Source: Candidatus Eiseniibacteriota bacterium (GTDB lineage Bacteria > Eisenbacteria > RBG-16-71-46). Taken from it: 64,000 nt of DNA. The stretch is taken from contig JBGAOA010000011.1 in NCBI GenBank assembly GCA_044222065.1, forward strand, positions 1,862 through 65,861, read 5' to 3'. Both the position numbers and the translations under genes were made by a program. The notes under the pieces were generated by a model. It did not search any database and was not told the origin of the DNA. It was given only the letters and a program-made list of their open reading frames with translations. Shown one piece after another: positions 8,890 through 17,764 of the stretch (the stretch's first letter is position 1; every line of letters begins with the position of its first letter).

Positions 8890-9897
8890 TTACCAGCGCG
8901 GGGGCTGGGCGAAGCCGAGTTCGCCGCGCTCGCGCTCCCACACCCGGTCGCGATTGCGTTCGCGAACCGGCACGATGCCGAGGGCGCGCAGGCCGCTCGA
9001 GTACTCGTAGCGCAGCGTGATGCGGTCGGTCGCGCCCGCCGCGGCGAGGAAGCGGGTCTGCTCGACGCGGTCCTGGCGGCGTTCGCCCCAGCCCGTGCCG
9101 GGCGCGGACTGCTCGGTCTGCGGCTGGCTGTTGTACGGCATCACGCCGCTCTTGCCCGGAGCCTGAGGCGCCGGCGCGACTTCACGGCGCGCTTCGTCGC
9201 GCGCTTCCCCGCTCGCATCGCCGCGCTCGCGCGCCATGCCGTCCTTGTCGTAGGGCTCGGGGCCGCCGTTGAAGCGCGGCAGCGTCCACGCGATCGGGCG
9301 CTGCTCACGGAAGGCGAGCACCCGGATCCAGCCCATGTCGCCGTTCGCCTGGCCGGTGCGCTCCGCGTACGAACGCTCCTCGTCCACGAACACGAACCGG
9401 CGGACTTCGTCGAGCGACGTGCGCCAGCCGCGGATCGTCGCGCTCTCGAACGGGTCGAGCACGTACATCGCCTCGCGGTTCGACAGGCTCGAGCGCTCGC
9501 CGTTCACGACGTTGAGGCCGTCCACGGCGATCAGCACGCCGACGCGCTCGCCAGTGTTGTTGCGCAGCTGGAGCGCGTAGTTGCGGCCCTTGAACGCCTG
9601 GAAGTAGCTGCGGTCCCACGCGCCGGCCTTGTGATAGAGCGGCGTCTCCGAGCCGCCGACGAGGACGCTCACGTCCACGAGCCGGCCGTCCACGTTCCAG
9701 TCGTAGTTCGACGAGCCGGGACGCCAGCGGACGTCGTCGGCGCGCGCCGCAGTGACGACGGCCGCGGTCGCGGCGGTCATCGTCGCGGCGAGCAGCAGCG
9801 CGCGCCACGCGGCGTGAAGGTGGTCGGAATTGAGGACGGCGGACTGGCCGCGATGGCGGGCCTCGGACGGGATCACTCGGCTGCGGTTCATGGTCAC
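8890..9897 (-). CDS. hypothetical secreted protein
   Basis: The 335-aa protein has a signal-peptide-like stretch (AWRALLLAATMTAATAAVVTAARA) and a varied, non-Arg-rich composition rich in W/Y/N/F. No family was recognised. Confidence 0.45.
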   Translation of the reverse strand: MTMNRSRVIPSEARHRGQSAVLNSDHLHAAWRALLLAATMTAATAAVVTAARADDVRWRPGSSNYDWNVDGRLVDVSVLVGGSETPLYHKAGAWDRSYFQAFKGRNYALQLRNNTGERVGVLIAVDGLNVVNGERSSLSNREAMYVLDPFESATIRGWRTSLDEVRRFVFVDEERSYAERTGQANGDMGWIRVLAFREQRPIAWTLPRFNGGPEPYDKDGMARERGDASGEARDEARREVAPAPQAPGKSGVMPYNSQPQTEQSAPGTGWGERRQDRVEQTRFLAAAGATDRITLRYEYSSGLRALGIVPVRERNRDRVWERERGELGFAQPPRW

Positions 9898-10174
9898 TCC
9901 TCCTGTGGGCTGTGCGCCTGATGGCCAGGGTCAGCACGAAGTACGCCGGGAGGGGTGTGCTATTCCTGCGGGAACTTTCCCGGGCGGAACGCATTGAAAA
10001 GGGCACGAACGACGCGAAATCGCCGCGGGGAAGGCATGGGCCCCCGTGGCGGTTTCGCCACAGGCGCGAGCCCGCCGGGGTCGATTTGTCCGTTCGAAGT
10101 CACGTCGCGTCCTCGGACGTGCGACGATGCCCCGCGCCCGACCGACACCGCGTCACCTCACCGAGGAGAACCGC

Positions 10175-11035
10175 ATGACCCGCTTCCCGCTCGCTCGAAT
10201 CCGCTTCGTGCTGCTCGCGGCGGTGGCCGCGGCCGCGCTCGCCGTCGCCGCGCCCGCCCGCGCCGACATCGCGCTCGGGGCCAGTGCGCCCGACTTCACG
10301 AAGAACTCCCTCGCGCACGGCCCGGTCTCGCTCTCGAACTACTCGGGCAAGGTCGTCGTGCTGTTCCTCATGGGCTATGCCTGACCCTTCTGCCTCACCG
10401 ACGGTCCGTCGGTGCAGCAGGACGTCCAGAACTACTACGCGACCCGCAATCCGGGTGAGGTGCAGGTGATCGGCGTGGACCTTTGGAACGGCTCGTTCGG
10501 ACAGCTGACGGGATTCCGCAACCAGACCGGTGTGACGTTTCCGCTGCTGCTGCTCGGTGCGACCGCGACGGGCGGGAACGTACAGACGCTCTACGGCACG
10601 TACGACAACTACGTCGTGATCAGCAAGCAGGGAAAGGTGCGCTACCACGCCGCGCTGACCTGGCCGCACGGTGACCGCTACCACCTCGACGAGATCCGCG
10701 GCGCGGTGGACACGCTCGTCACGCCGACCGCCGGTGTCGAAGAGGGCTTCAGCCTCGAGCGCGGCGGCCTGCGCGTGAGTCCGAATCCGTTCCGCACGTC
10801 GACGTCCGTGGAATTCGCGGCGCCCGCAGGCGCGGCGGCCGACGGCGACGTCGCGGTGCTCGACCTGCAGGGCCGCCGCGTCGCGACGCTGTGGCGCGGA
10901 CCGGTCGGGCAGGGCGGCGTGCGCGTGAGCTGGAGCGGCGCGACCGACGCGGGACACGCCGCGCCCGGCGTGTACCTCGTGCGCGCGCGCATCGGCGATC
11001 GCGTGTGGCGGCGTCGCGTGGTGATGTTCCGGTGA
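10175..11035 (+). CDS. candidate selenoprotein: secreted thioredoxin-fold (TlpA/redoxin-like) protein with UxxC motif and C-terminal Por_Secre_tail/FlgD-Ig-like domain
   Basis: ATG 10175 (MTRFPLARIRFVLLAAVAAA.., signal peptide) has GAGGAG 6 nt upstream. Reading through the in-frame TGA at 10382-10384 gives ...GKVVVLFLMGYA-U-PFCLTDGPSVQQDVQNYY..GEVQVIGVDLW. This aligns with redoxin ...VVLLNFWASWCGPC..., so the TGA falls exactly on the first Cys of CxxC. The two track ORFs 10046..10384 and 10412..11035 are in the same frame and separated only by this TGA. Confidence 0.6.
10382..10384 (+). other. in-frame UGA, putative selenocysteine codon
   Basis: This is the only stop interrupting the thioredoxin fold. 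It sits at the position of the nucleophilic Cys in the family. Confidence 0.55.
10396..10414 (+). promoter_or_regulatory. putative bacterial SECIS hairpin
   Basis: The sequence CACCGAC-GGUCC-GUCGGUG forms a 7-bp stem with a 5-nt apical loop containing GU. It begins 11 nt after the UGA, the spacing seen in E. coli fdhF. Confidence 0.5.
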
Positions 11036-11577
11036 GGCGCACGCTCGACGCGCTCGCGCTCGTCGCGGCGGCAGTGTTCCTCGCGTCTCCGATCGGCGCG
11101 CAGGCGCCGGCCGTTCCGGGACGCGGCGTCGCGCCCGCGTTCGAGGCGCGGTCCGTCGCGGGCGAGCGCATCGCGCTCGGCGAACTCGCGGCGAAAGGCC
11201 CCGTCGTGCTCGACTTCTGGGCCACGTGGTGCAAGCCGTGCCTCATGTCGCTGCCCGAACTCGAGCGGCTCGCCGCGAAGCACCGCGCGGACGGCGTCAC
11301 CGTGGTCGCGATCTCGATCGACGGGCCGCGCAACCAGGCCAAGGTGCGCGCGTTCGCGAACAAGCTCGGTCTCACGATGCCGATCGTCGTGGACCGCGAC
11401 GAGAGCCTTCAGTCGGCCTACCAGGTGAAGGCGGTGCCGACGACGTTCCTGATCGGGCGCGACGGCCGCATCGCGTGGTCGCGTCAGGGCTACCTGCCGG
11501 GCGACGCCGACGCGCTCGAGCGCGAACTCGCCCGCACGCTCGCCGCGGCCGCGCCCGCAGCCGGGACGACGCCGTGA
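11032..11577 (+). CDS. TlpA-family thiol:disulfide oxidoreductase
   Basis: A GTG start overlaps the upstream stop by GTGA. A signal peptide is followed by the VVLDFWATWCKPC redoxin motif. Confidence 0.75.
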   Translation: MRRTLDALALVAAAVFLASPIGAQAPAVPGRGVAPAFEARSVAGERIALGELAAKGPVVLDFWATWCKPCLMSLPELERLAAKHRADGVTVVAISIDGPRNQAKVRAFANKLGLTMPIVVDRDESLQSAYQVKAVPTTFLIGRDGRIAWSRQGYLPGDADALERELARTLAAAAPAAGTTP

Positions 11578-13136
11578 GCCGCGCGTTCCGGGCCGCGGCG
11601 CTCGCCGGCGTCGCGGCGGCGTTGGCGTGTGCGTGCTCGTCCGGGGCACGCGCCGGGGCGACGGGCTTCGAGGCCGCGCCCGCGCGCGTCTCGGTCACGA
11701 ACCTCGTCGAGGCGCAGTTCGGGAACGACCCGTTCGCCTCGTTCCTCGGCCAGCCGGAGAACGCGACGAGCACGTACGACCAGCTCTCGGCCGAAGTCGC
11801 GTGGGGCGGGTTGCTGTTCGGCTTCCGGCACGAGTCGCTCGACGACAGCCAGGACGAGGCCAGCGCGCGCGAGTTCACGCAGCGCTACGCCGAAGTGCGC
11901 GCGGACGGATTGCGCGTGCGCGCGGGCGACTTCTACTCGATCCTCGGCCGCGGGCTCACGTTCCGGGCGTTCGAGCTGCCGGGCGTCGTACTGCAGGATC
12001 CCGGCTCGCGCGCGCGGCGCTCGTTCTCGCGCGAGCGCGACGGCGTGCTGGCCGAAGGCGCGTGGGGGCCCGCGAGCGTGCGCGCGCTCAGCTCGAGCGA
12101 CGACGACGGCACGATCTCGGGCGGCGAATTCGCCGCGGACGTCTGGCGCGGCAGCCGCGCGGGCGTCACGTACGTGCGCACGACGAACGCGGGCGCGACG
12201 CTGAGCCGCGAGGCGGGCTCGGGGTTCCTCGAGCTCGACCCGTTCGCCCTCGCGGGCCTCTCGGCGGTCGCGCTGCCCGTATACGCGGAGTACGCGCAGC
12301 TCGACCGCTCGTTCGGCGAGTTCTTCGAACTTCGCACCGGCGACCGCGTGCCGCACGCGCTGTACGTCTCGACCGAACTCGTCGCGGGGCCGTTCGCGGC
12401 GTCGGTCGAGTGGAAGGACTACCGCGACTTCCGGCTCGGCACGAACGATCCGCCGTCGCTCGTGCGCGAGCACGCCTACGCGCTGCCGAACCGCGCGACG
12501 CACGTGCTCAACGCCGAGAGCGAACACGGCGTCCAGGCCGAGCTGTCGTGGGGCGCCCGCGGCTGGGGCGCGCTCACGCTGAACCACAGCCGCTCGGCCG
12601 GAACGCCCGCGGGCTCCGAACTGCGCTTCGAAGAGAACTATGCCGAGCTGCACGTCGCCCCCGAGCGCGTGGCGTGGCTCGAAGGGACCGCGTTCTTCGA
12701 CCGCGGCTTCGACACGTTCGCGTCGATTCGCGAGCGCGAGATCTACGGCGCGAGCGCGACCGTGCGCGCGTTCGGGCCGTGGTCGGCGACGCTCGACCTC
12801 GAGCGGCTCGACGCCGAGCGCCGCAACCTGTTCGCGCCGAACGAGGGCTGGACCGATCTCTACGCGAGCGTGCAGCTCGCGCGCGCGTCGTGGGGCAGCA
12901 TCGCGTGGCTGTGGCAGCGCACGACCGATCCGCTCGAGGAGGAGCCCGATCTCTTCGGCGGGACCGTGGACCCGCGCACGTATCGCGCGGTCACCGCCTC
13001 GGCCGTCCTCGGGCGCGCCCACACGCTGCAGCTGTTCGTCGGCGAACGCCGCGGCGGACCCGCGTGCACGGCCGGCACCTGCTACGAGGTGCAGCCGTTC
13101 GAGGGCGCGGAACTGCGGCTCGTCTCGCGCTTCTGA
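11574..13136 (+). CDS. hypothetical outer-membrane/secreted protein (beta-barrel-like)
   Basis: A GTG start overlaps the TlpA stop by GTGA. The signal peptide reads VSRAFRAAALAGVAAALACACSS. The protein has alternating aromatic/polar composition and ends ..ELRLVSRF. It lies inside a spurious long ORF in the track. Confidence 0.55.
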   Translation: MSRAFRAAALAGVAAALACACSSGARAGATGFEAAPARVSVTNLVEAQFGNDPFASFLGQPENATSTYDQLSAEVAWGGLLFGFRHESLDDSQDEASAREFTQRYAEVRADGLRVRAGDFYSILGRGLTFRAFELPGVVLQDPGSRARRSFSRERDGVLAEGAWGPASVRALSSSDDDGTISGGEFAADVWRGSRAGVTYVRTTNAGATLSREAGSGFLELDPFALAGLSAVALPVYAEYAQLDRSFGEFFELRTGDRVPHALYVSTELVAGPFAASVEWKDYRDFRLGTNDPPSLVREHAYALPNRATHVLNAESEHGVQAELSWGARGWGALTLNHSRSAGTPAGSELRFEENYAELHVAPERVAWLEGTAFFDRGFDTFASIREREIYGASATVRAFGPWSATLDLERLDAERRNLFAPNEGWTDLYASVQLARASWGSIAWLWQRTTDPLEEEPDLFGGTVDPRTYRAVTASAVLGRAHTLQLFVGERRGGPACTAGTCYEVQPFEGAELRLVSRF

Positions 13137-13190
13137 GCGGTCCGCCCGCTCGCGTTTCCCTTCCCGCGCGGCCCGGGGTATTCCTCCGCG

Positions 13191-14561
13191 ATGGTCCGAG
13201 AATTCATCCCGACATCGAGCGACCTGCGCGCGCTTGTGCGCCTCGCGATCCCGATCATCACGGTGCAGGTCGGGCTCATGTTCATGGGCGTGGTGGACAC
13301 GATCGTGGTGGGCCACGTCTCCGCGCGCGAACTCGCGGCCGCCTCGCTCGGCAACCTGTACGTGTTCGGGCTCGCCGTGTTCGCGATGGGCACGCTGTGG
13401 GCGCTCGATCCGATCGTCTCGCAGGCGATGGGTGCCAGGGACCACGACGCGGCCGCGCTCGGCATCCAGCGCGGCGTGGTGCTCGCGGCCTCGATCGGCG
13501 TCGTGATGACGCTGCTGTGCCTGCCGGCGCCCGCCGTCTTCCGGTTCCTGCGCCAGCCGCCGGACGTGATCCCGCGAGCGGCGGGCTTCGTGTGGATGTC
13601 GGCGCCCGGCATGATCGTGCTGCTGCTGTTCGTCACGCTGCGCCAGAGCCTGCAGGCGATGAAGCACACGCGCGCGATCGTCACGACCATCGTGTTCGGG
13701 AACGTGCTCAACCTGGCGCTCAACTTCGTGCTCGTGTTCGGCCGCTTCGGGGTGCCGCCGATGGGCGCGCCGGGGTCCGCACTCTCGAGCACGATCGGAC
13801 GCTGGTGCATGCTCGCGCTGCTGCTCGTGCTGTCGCGGCGCGAACTCGGCCCGATGCTGCGGCCGTTCCGTCGCGAGGCGCTCGCGCGAGGGCCGCTCCG
13901 CGACACGCTCGCGATCGGGCTTCCGATCGGCATCCAGGCGTCGGTCGAGTTCACGACGTTCGCCTCGATCAGCGTGTTCGCCGGCTGGTTCGGCGCCGAG
14001 GCGATCGGCGGGCACCAGGTCGCGATCAACCTCGCCTCGCTCACGTTCATGGTGCCGGCCGGCATCGGCAGCGCGGCGTCGGTGCTCGTCGGCCACGCGA
14101 TCGGCGAAGGGGACGCGCCGCACGCGCGACGGGTCGCCTCGAGCGCGCTGCTGTTCGGCGCGGGCTTCATGTCGCTCACCGCGGTCGTGTTCCTCGTCGC
14201 GCCCGGCGTGTTCGCGCACCTCTATACGTCGGTGCCGGGTGTGCTCGCGATCGCGATCGCGCTGATTCCCATCGCCGGCGTGTTCCAGGTGTTCGACGGG
14301 CTGCAGGTCGTGGCGTCGGGCGTGCTGCGCGGCGCGGGCGACACGCGCGCCGCCATGATCTCGAACGTGCTCGGCTTCTGGCTCATCGGGATGCCCGTGA
14401 GCCTCGGACTCGGATTCGGCGCCAGGATGGGCGTGGTCGGATTGTGGTGGGGCTTCGTCGCGGGACTCGCCGCCGTCGCGACGTTCCTCGTCCTGCGCGT
14501 GCGCTTCCGGCTCGCGGGCGAGCTCGCCCGGATCCCGGTGCGGTCCACGGGGGAGCACTGA
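13191..14561 (+). CDS. MATE family efflux transporter
   Basis: The 456-aa protein has 12 TM segments and typical MATE motifs. Confidence 0.85.
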   Translation: MVREFIPTSSDLRALVRLAIPIITVQVGLMFMGVVDTIVVGHVSARELAAASLGNLYVFGLAVFAMGTLWALDPIVSQAMGARDHDAAALGIQRGVVLAASIGVVMTLLCLPAPAVFRFLRQPPDVIPRAAGFVWMSAPGMIVLLLFVTLRQSLQAMKHTRAIVTTIVFGNVLNLALNFVLVFGRFGVPPMGAPGSALSSTIGRWCMLALLLVLSRRELGPMLRPFRREALARGPLRDTLAIGLPIGIQASVEFTTFASISVFAGWFGAEAIGGHQVAINLASLTFMVPAGIGSAASVLVGHAIGEGDAPHARRVASSALLFGAGFMSLTAVVFLVAPGVFAHLYTSVPGVLAIAIALIPIAGVFQVFDGLQVVASGVLRGAGDTRAAMISNVLGFWLIGMPVSLGLGFGARMGVVGLWWGFVAGLAAVATFLVLRVRFRLAGELARIPVRSTGEH

Positions 14562-14650
14562 TCGCACGAAGAAAAGCGGGACGTCCGTACGCTCGTGGTG
14601 TAGAAACCTCGAACGCACGCCCCGGGGGCGGGCGAGAGGAGGCACAGCTC

Positions 14651-15034
14651 GTGAGAATCGTTCTCGACCGAACACTCGGTTTCGCGCTGCCGACGGTGGC
14701 GATCGTCACCGCGCTGCATCTCCAGAAGCTCGCAACCTGGGGCGAGGCGCTCGACGGCGTCGTCTCGGGGCTGACGTTCGCCGTGCTCTTCGGGCTCGGG
14801 ACGGCGGTTGCGGAGTTCCCCGCTCGCGCCCGTCCGCCGTTCGACGTGCGCGAGCGGCCGCTGCTCTCGGGGCTCATCGCCGGGCTGATCCTCTGGTCAC
14901 TCCAGTTCGCGTTCTGGTCGGTGCCGGCCACGGCCCCGCTGCGGACCATCGCCTTCCCGATCCAGTGCGCGACCATGGCCGCGGCCGGCGCCGTAACGAG
15001 CGGGCTCGCGCGCCGGCGCCTGAACCGAGCCTGA
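14651..15034 (+). CDS. hypothetical small membrane protein
   Basis: The GTG start has GAGGAGG upstream. The 127-aa protein has four hydrophobic segments. It is embedded in spurious long ORFs. Confidence 0.4.
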   Translation: MRIVLDRTLGFALPTVAIVTALHLQKLATWGEALDGVVSGLTFAVLFGLGTAVAEFPARARPPFDVRERPLLSGLIAGLILWSLQFAFWSVPATAPLRTIAFPIQCATMAAAGAVTSGLARRRLNRA

Positions 15035-15065
15035 TCGCCCCATCCACGAGGGGAGGCCGCGCCGC

Positions 15066-15650
15066 GTGCACAAGGGCAGGCTCGAAGCGTTCAGCGACGG
15101 CGTGATCGCGATCGTGATCACGATCATGGTTCTCGAGATGCACGTGCCTCACGGCGCCGACCTCGCTTCGCTGCGGCCGCTCGTTCCGGTGTTCTCGAGC
15201 TACGTCCTGAGCTTCGTGTTCGTCGCGATCTACTGGAACAACCACCACCACCTGCTGCAGGCGGCGAAGCACGTGGACGGCCGCGTGCTGTGGAGCAACA
15301 TGGCGCTGCTGTTCTGGCTCACGCTGTTCCCGTTCACGACGAACTGGATGGGTGAGACGCACTTCGCGCCGCTGCCGGTGTTCGCGTACGGCGCCGTGCT
15401 GCTCGCGGCCGCGCTCTCCTACACGGCGCTCGTCCGCTCGCTGATCGCGGTGCACGGCCGGGACTCGACGCTCGCGCGCGCGATCGGCGACGACCGCAAG
15501 GGCTGGATCTCGGTCGCGGCCTACGTGCTCGCACTCGGGGTCGCGTTCGTGAACGCGTGGGTGTCGTGCGCGCTGTTCGTGTTCGTCGCGATCCTGTGGC
15601 TGATTCCGGATCGCCGGATCGAGCGCGCGCTGCCGCGCGCGGAGCACTGA
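15066..15650 (+). CDS. TMEM175-family potassium channel (DUF1211)
   Basis: The RLEAFSDGVIAIVITIMVLE signature is present, and the protein is 194 aa. Confidence 0.8.
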   Translation: MHKGRLEAFSDGVIAIVITIMVLEMHVPHGADLASLRPLVPVFSSYVLSFVFVAIYWNNHHHLLQAAKHVDGRVLWSNMALLFWLTLFPFTTNWMGETHFAPLPVFAYGAVLLAAALSYTALVRSLIAVHGRDSTLARAIGDDRKGWISVAAYVLALGVAFVNAWVSCALFVFVAILWLIPDRRIERALPRAEH

Positions 15651-15816
15651 GCCGCCGGCGCCGGCTCCGCAGTTGCGCGGCGGGCCCGCCGCATCGCATT
15701 CTCCGCCGCGTCGCGCCGGCCCACTCGCGAGTTCCACGGCCGCGCGCGCGTACGCCGGTGTCCGACACCACTGGCTCCAACCGACTCCACGGGAACGATG
15801 GGAGGGGCGGCGGGCC

Positions 15817-16992
15817 ATGGAACATCACCTCACCGAAGAGCAGCGCAGCATCCGCGACCTCGCGCGCACGATCGCCGAGGAACGCGTGAAGCCGGTGCGC
15901 GCGAAGTACGACGAAGAGAACGTCTTCCCCTGGGACATCGTCCAGGAGCTCGCGAAGACCGACCTCTTCCGCGTGTTCATTCCGGTCGAGTACGACGGAC
16001 TCGTCGAGTCGCCCTCGATGGGCGTGACGAACATGTGCCTCGTCACCGAGGAACTGTCGAAGGCGTGCGCCGGGATCGCGCTCGCGTTCGCGGGCACCGC
16101 GCTCGGCACGTTCCCGATCCTGCTCCACGGTTCCGAGGAGCAGAAGAAGAAGTACCTGCCCGACATCGCGGCGGGGAAGAAGCTCGCCGCCTTCGGTCTC
16201 ACCGAGCCGATGGCCGGCTCGGACGCGAGCGCGCAGCGCACGACCGCGCGGCGCGACGGCGACGAGTACGTCTTGAACGGCACGAAGGTCTTCATCACGA
16301 ACGGCGGCGAGGCCGACGTCTACACGACGGTCGCGCTCACGAATCCCGAGAAGGGCGCGCGCGGCGCGTCGTGCTTCATCGTCGAGAAGGGCACGCCGGG
16401 ATTCACGTTCGGCAAGAAGGAAACGAAGATGGGCATTCACGCGTCCGTGACGCGCGAACTCATCTTCGACGGCGCGCGCGTGCCGAAGGAGAACCTGCTC
16501 GGCCGCGAAGGCATGGGCTTCCTCGTCGCGATGAAGACGTTCGACATCTCGCGGCCCGGCGTCGGCGCTCAGGCGCTCGGCATCGCCGAGGGCGCGCTCG
16601 AAGAGACGCTCAAGTACGCGCACCATCGCCACCAATTCGGGCAGAGCATCATGAACTTCCAGGGCCTGCAGTGGATGCTCGCCGACATGGCGACCCAGAT
16701 CGAGGCGGCGAAGGCGCTCATCTACTCGCTCGCCGCGCGCATCGACTCGGGCGACACGAAGGACATCGGCCACCTGTCGGCGATGTGCAAGGTGCTCGCG
16801 AGCGACGTCGCGATGAAAGTCACGACCGACGCCGTGCAGATCTTCGGCGGCTACGGCTACATGACCGACTATCCGGTCGAGAAGATGATGCGCGACGCCA
16901 AGATCACGCAGATCTACGAGGGCACGAACCAGATCCAGCGGAACGTGATCGGCTCGTGGCTCGCGAAGGAAGCGGGGCGGCTCGCGGGCTGA
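15817..16992 (+). CDS. acyl-CoA dehydrogenase
   Basis: Translation from ATG 15817 gives MEHHLTEEQRSIRDLART.. The C-terminus has the YEGTNQIQR motif. The listed 15673 start is an over-extension. Confidence 0.85.
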   Translation: MEHHLTEEQRSIRDLARTIAEERVKPVRAKYDEENVFPWDIVQELAKTDLFRVFIPVEYDGLVESPSMGVTNMCLVTEELSKACAGIALAFAGTALGTFPILLHGSEEQKKKYLPDIAAGKKLAAFGLTEPMAGSDASAQRTTARRDGDEYVLNGTKVFITNGGEADVYTTVALTNPEKGARGASCFIVEKGTPGFTFGKKETKMGIHASVTRELIFDGARVPKENLLGREGMGFLVAMKTFDISRPGVGAQALGIAEGALEETLKYAHHRHQFGQSIMNFQGLQWMLADMATQIEAAKALIYSLAARIDSGDTKDIGHLSAMCKVLASDVAMKVTTDAVQIFGGYGYMTDYPVEKMMRDAKITQIYEGTNQIQRNVIGSWLAKEAGRLAG

Positions 16993-17012
16993 CCCCGGAC
17001 CCCGGAATGCGA

Positions 17013-17045
17013 GAGCCCCGTCGCGCGGAAGGCGCGGCGGGGCTC
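17013..17045. terminator. GC-rich hairpin between convergent genes
   Basis: GAGCCCCGUCGCGCG-GGAAG-GCGCGGCGGGGCUC forms a 15-bp stem and is followed by UCUGUCGUU. Confidence 0.45.
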
Positions 17046-17064
17046 TGTCGTTCGACGTCGCGCG

Positions 17065-17514
17065 TTACTTGCCGCTCGAGAGTCGCATCGAGATCACGCC
17101 GCTCGAACCGTTGCCGGCGATGCAATACCTCGCCTGCGCGCTGTCGGCGTAGGCGACGATGCCCTGAACGGCGCTGAGCGGCGTGAGCGCCGGCGAGTAG
17201 GTCGGCTCGTCCACCCACGAGAGCCCGTCGCCCACGCGTCCGTCGAACGGATTGTGGAACGTCGCTCCGAGGCTCGGGAGCTTCGCCGCGACCCGCAAGG
17301 CGTCGTCGGCGTACCAGCCGTCGGCCTCGATGCCGTAGTCCTCGGCGGCGAGCTGGAACGTGTGCATGTTCTCGCGCGTCGCGGCTTCCTTCGCGCGATT
17401 GCGCATCGCGATGAAATTCGGCATCGCGATGGCCGCGAGCACCCCGATGATCACGATGACGATCATCAGCTCGATCAGGGTGAAGCCCTCGGCGTGCGGG
17501 CGGTGCGAGCGCAT
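17065..17514 (-). CDS. type IV pilin/pseudopilin (prepilin N-terminal methylation motif)
   Basis: ATG 17514 gives MRSHRPHAEG/FTLIELMIVIVIIGVLAAIAMPNF, the class III signal. Confidence 0.7.
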   Translation of the reverse strand: MRSHRPHAEGFTLIELMIVIVIIGVLAAIAMPNFIAMRNRAKEAATRENMHTFQLAAEDYGIEADGWYADDALRVAAKLPSLGATFHNPFDGRVGDGLSWVDEPTYSPALTPLSAVQGIVAYADSAQARYCIAGNGSSGVISMRLSSGK

Positions 17515-17764
17515 GCGCCGGGTATCGGCCGCCGGAGCGACTCCCTGCACCCGAAGTCTCGCGGGCAGGCCGGCCGAAGGGCCCGTCGCGGGCGTTGGCG
17601 GCAACGCGAGCCGCGCCCCCGACCCGGCGCCCGAGCCGGTCGCGTCACCCTCGATGCGCGGCGGTTTGCGCTTGGATTGCGCCGAGCGTCCCTCTAGCGT
17701 CGCGGCGTCGGCAGTGCCTCCAGAGTCCACGCCCGGATCCGGTCTCGAACCCGCGGAGGTCGTC

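Noticed and set aside
9305-10006. Alternative 233-aa minus-strand ORF overlapping the 8890..9897 gene
   Set aside because: It has Arg/Pro-rich low-complexity composition. The 8890..9897 frame has a signal peptide and balanced composition.
10046-10174. Upstream ATG start for the redoxin ORF (MAVSPQARARRGRF...)
   Set aside because: It is an Arg-rich, SD-less extension. ATG 10175 has GAGGAG at ideal spacing and begins a canonical signal peptide.
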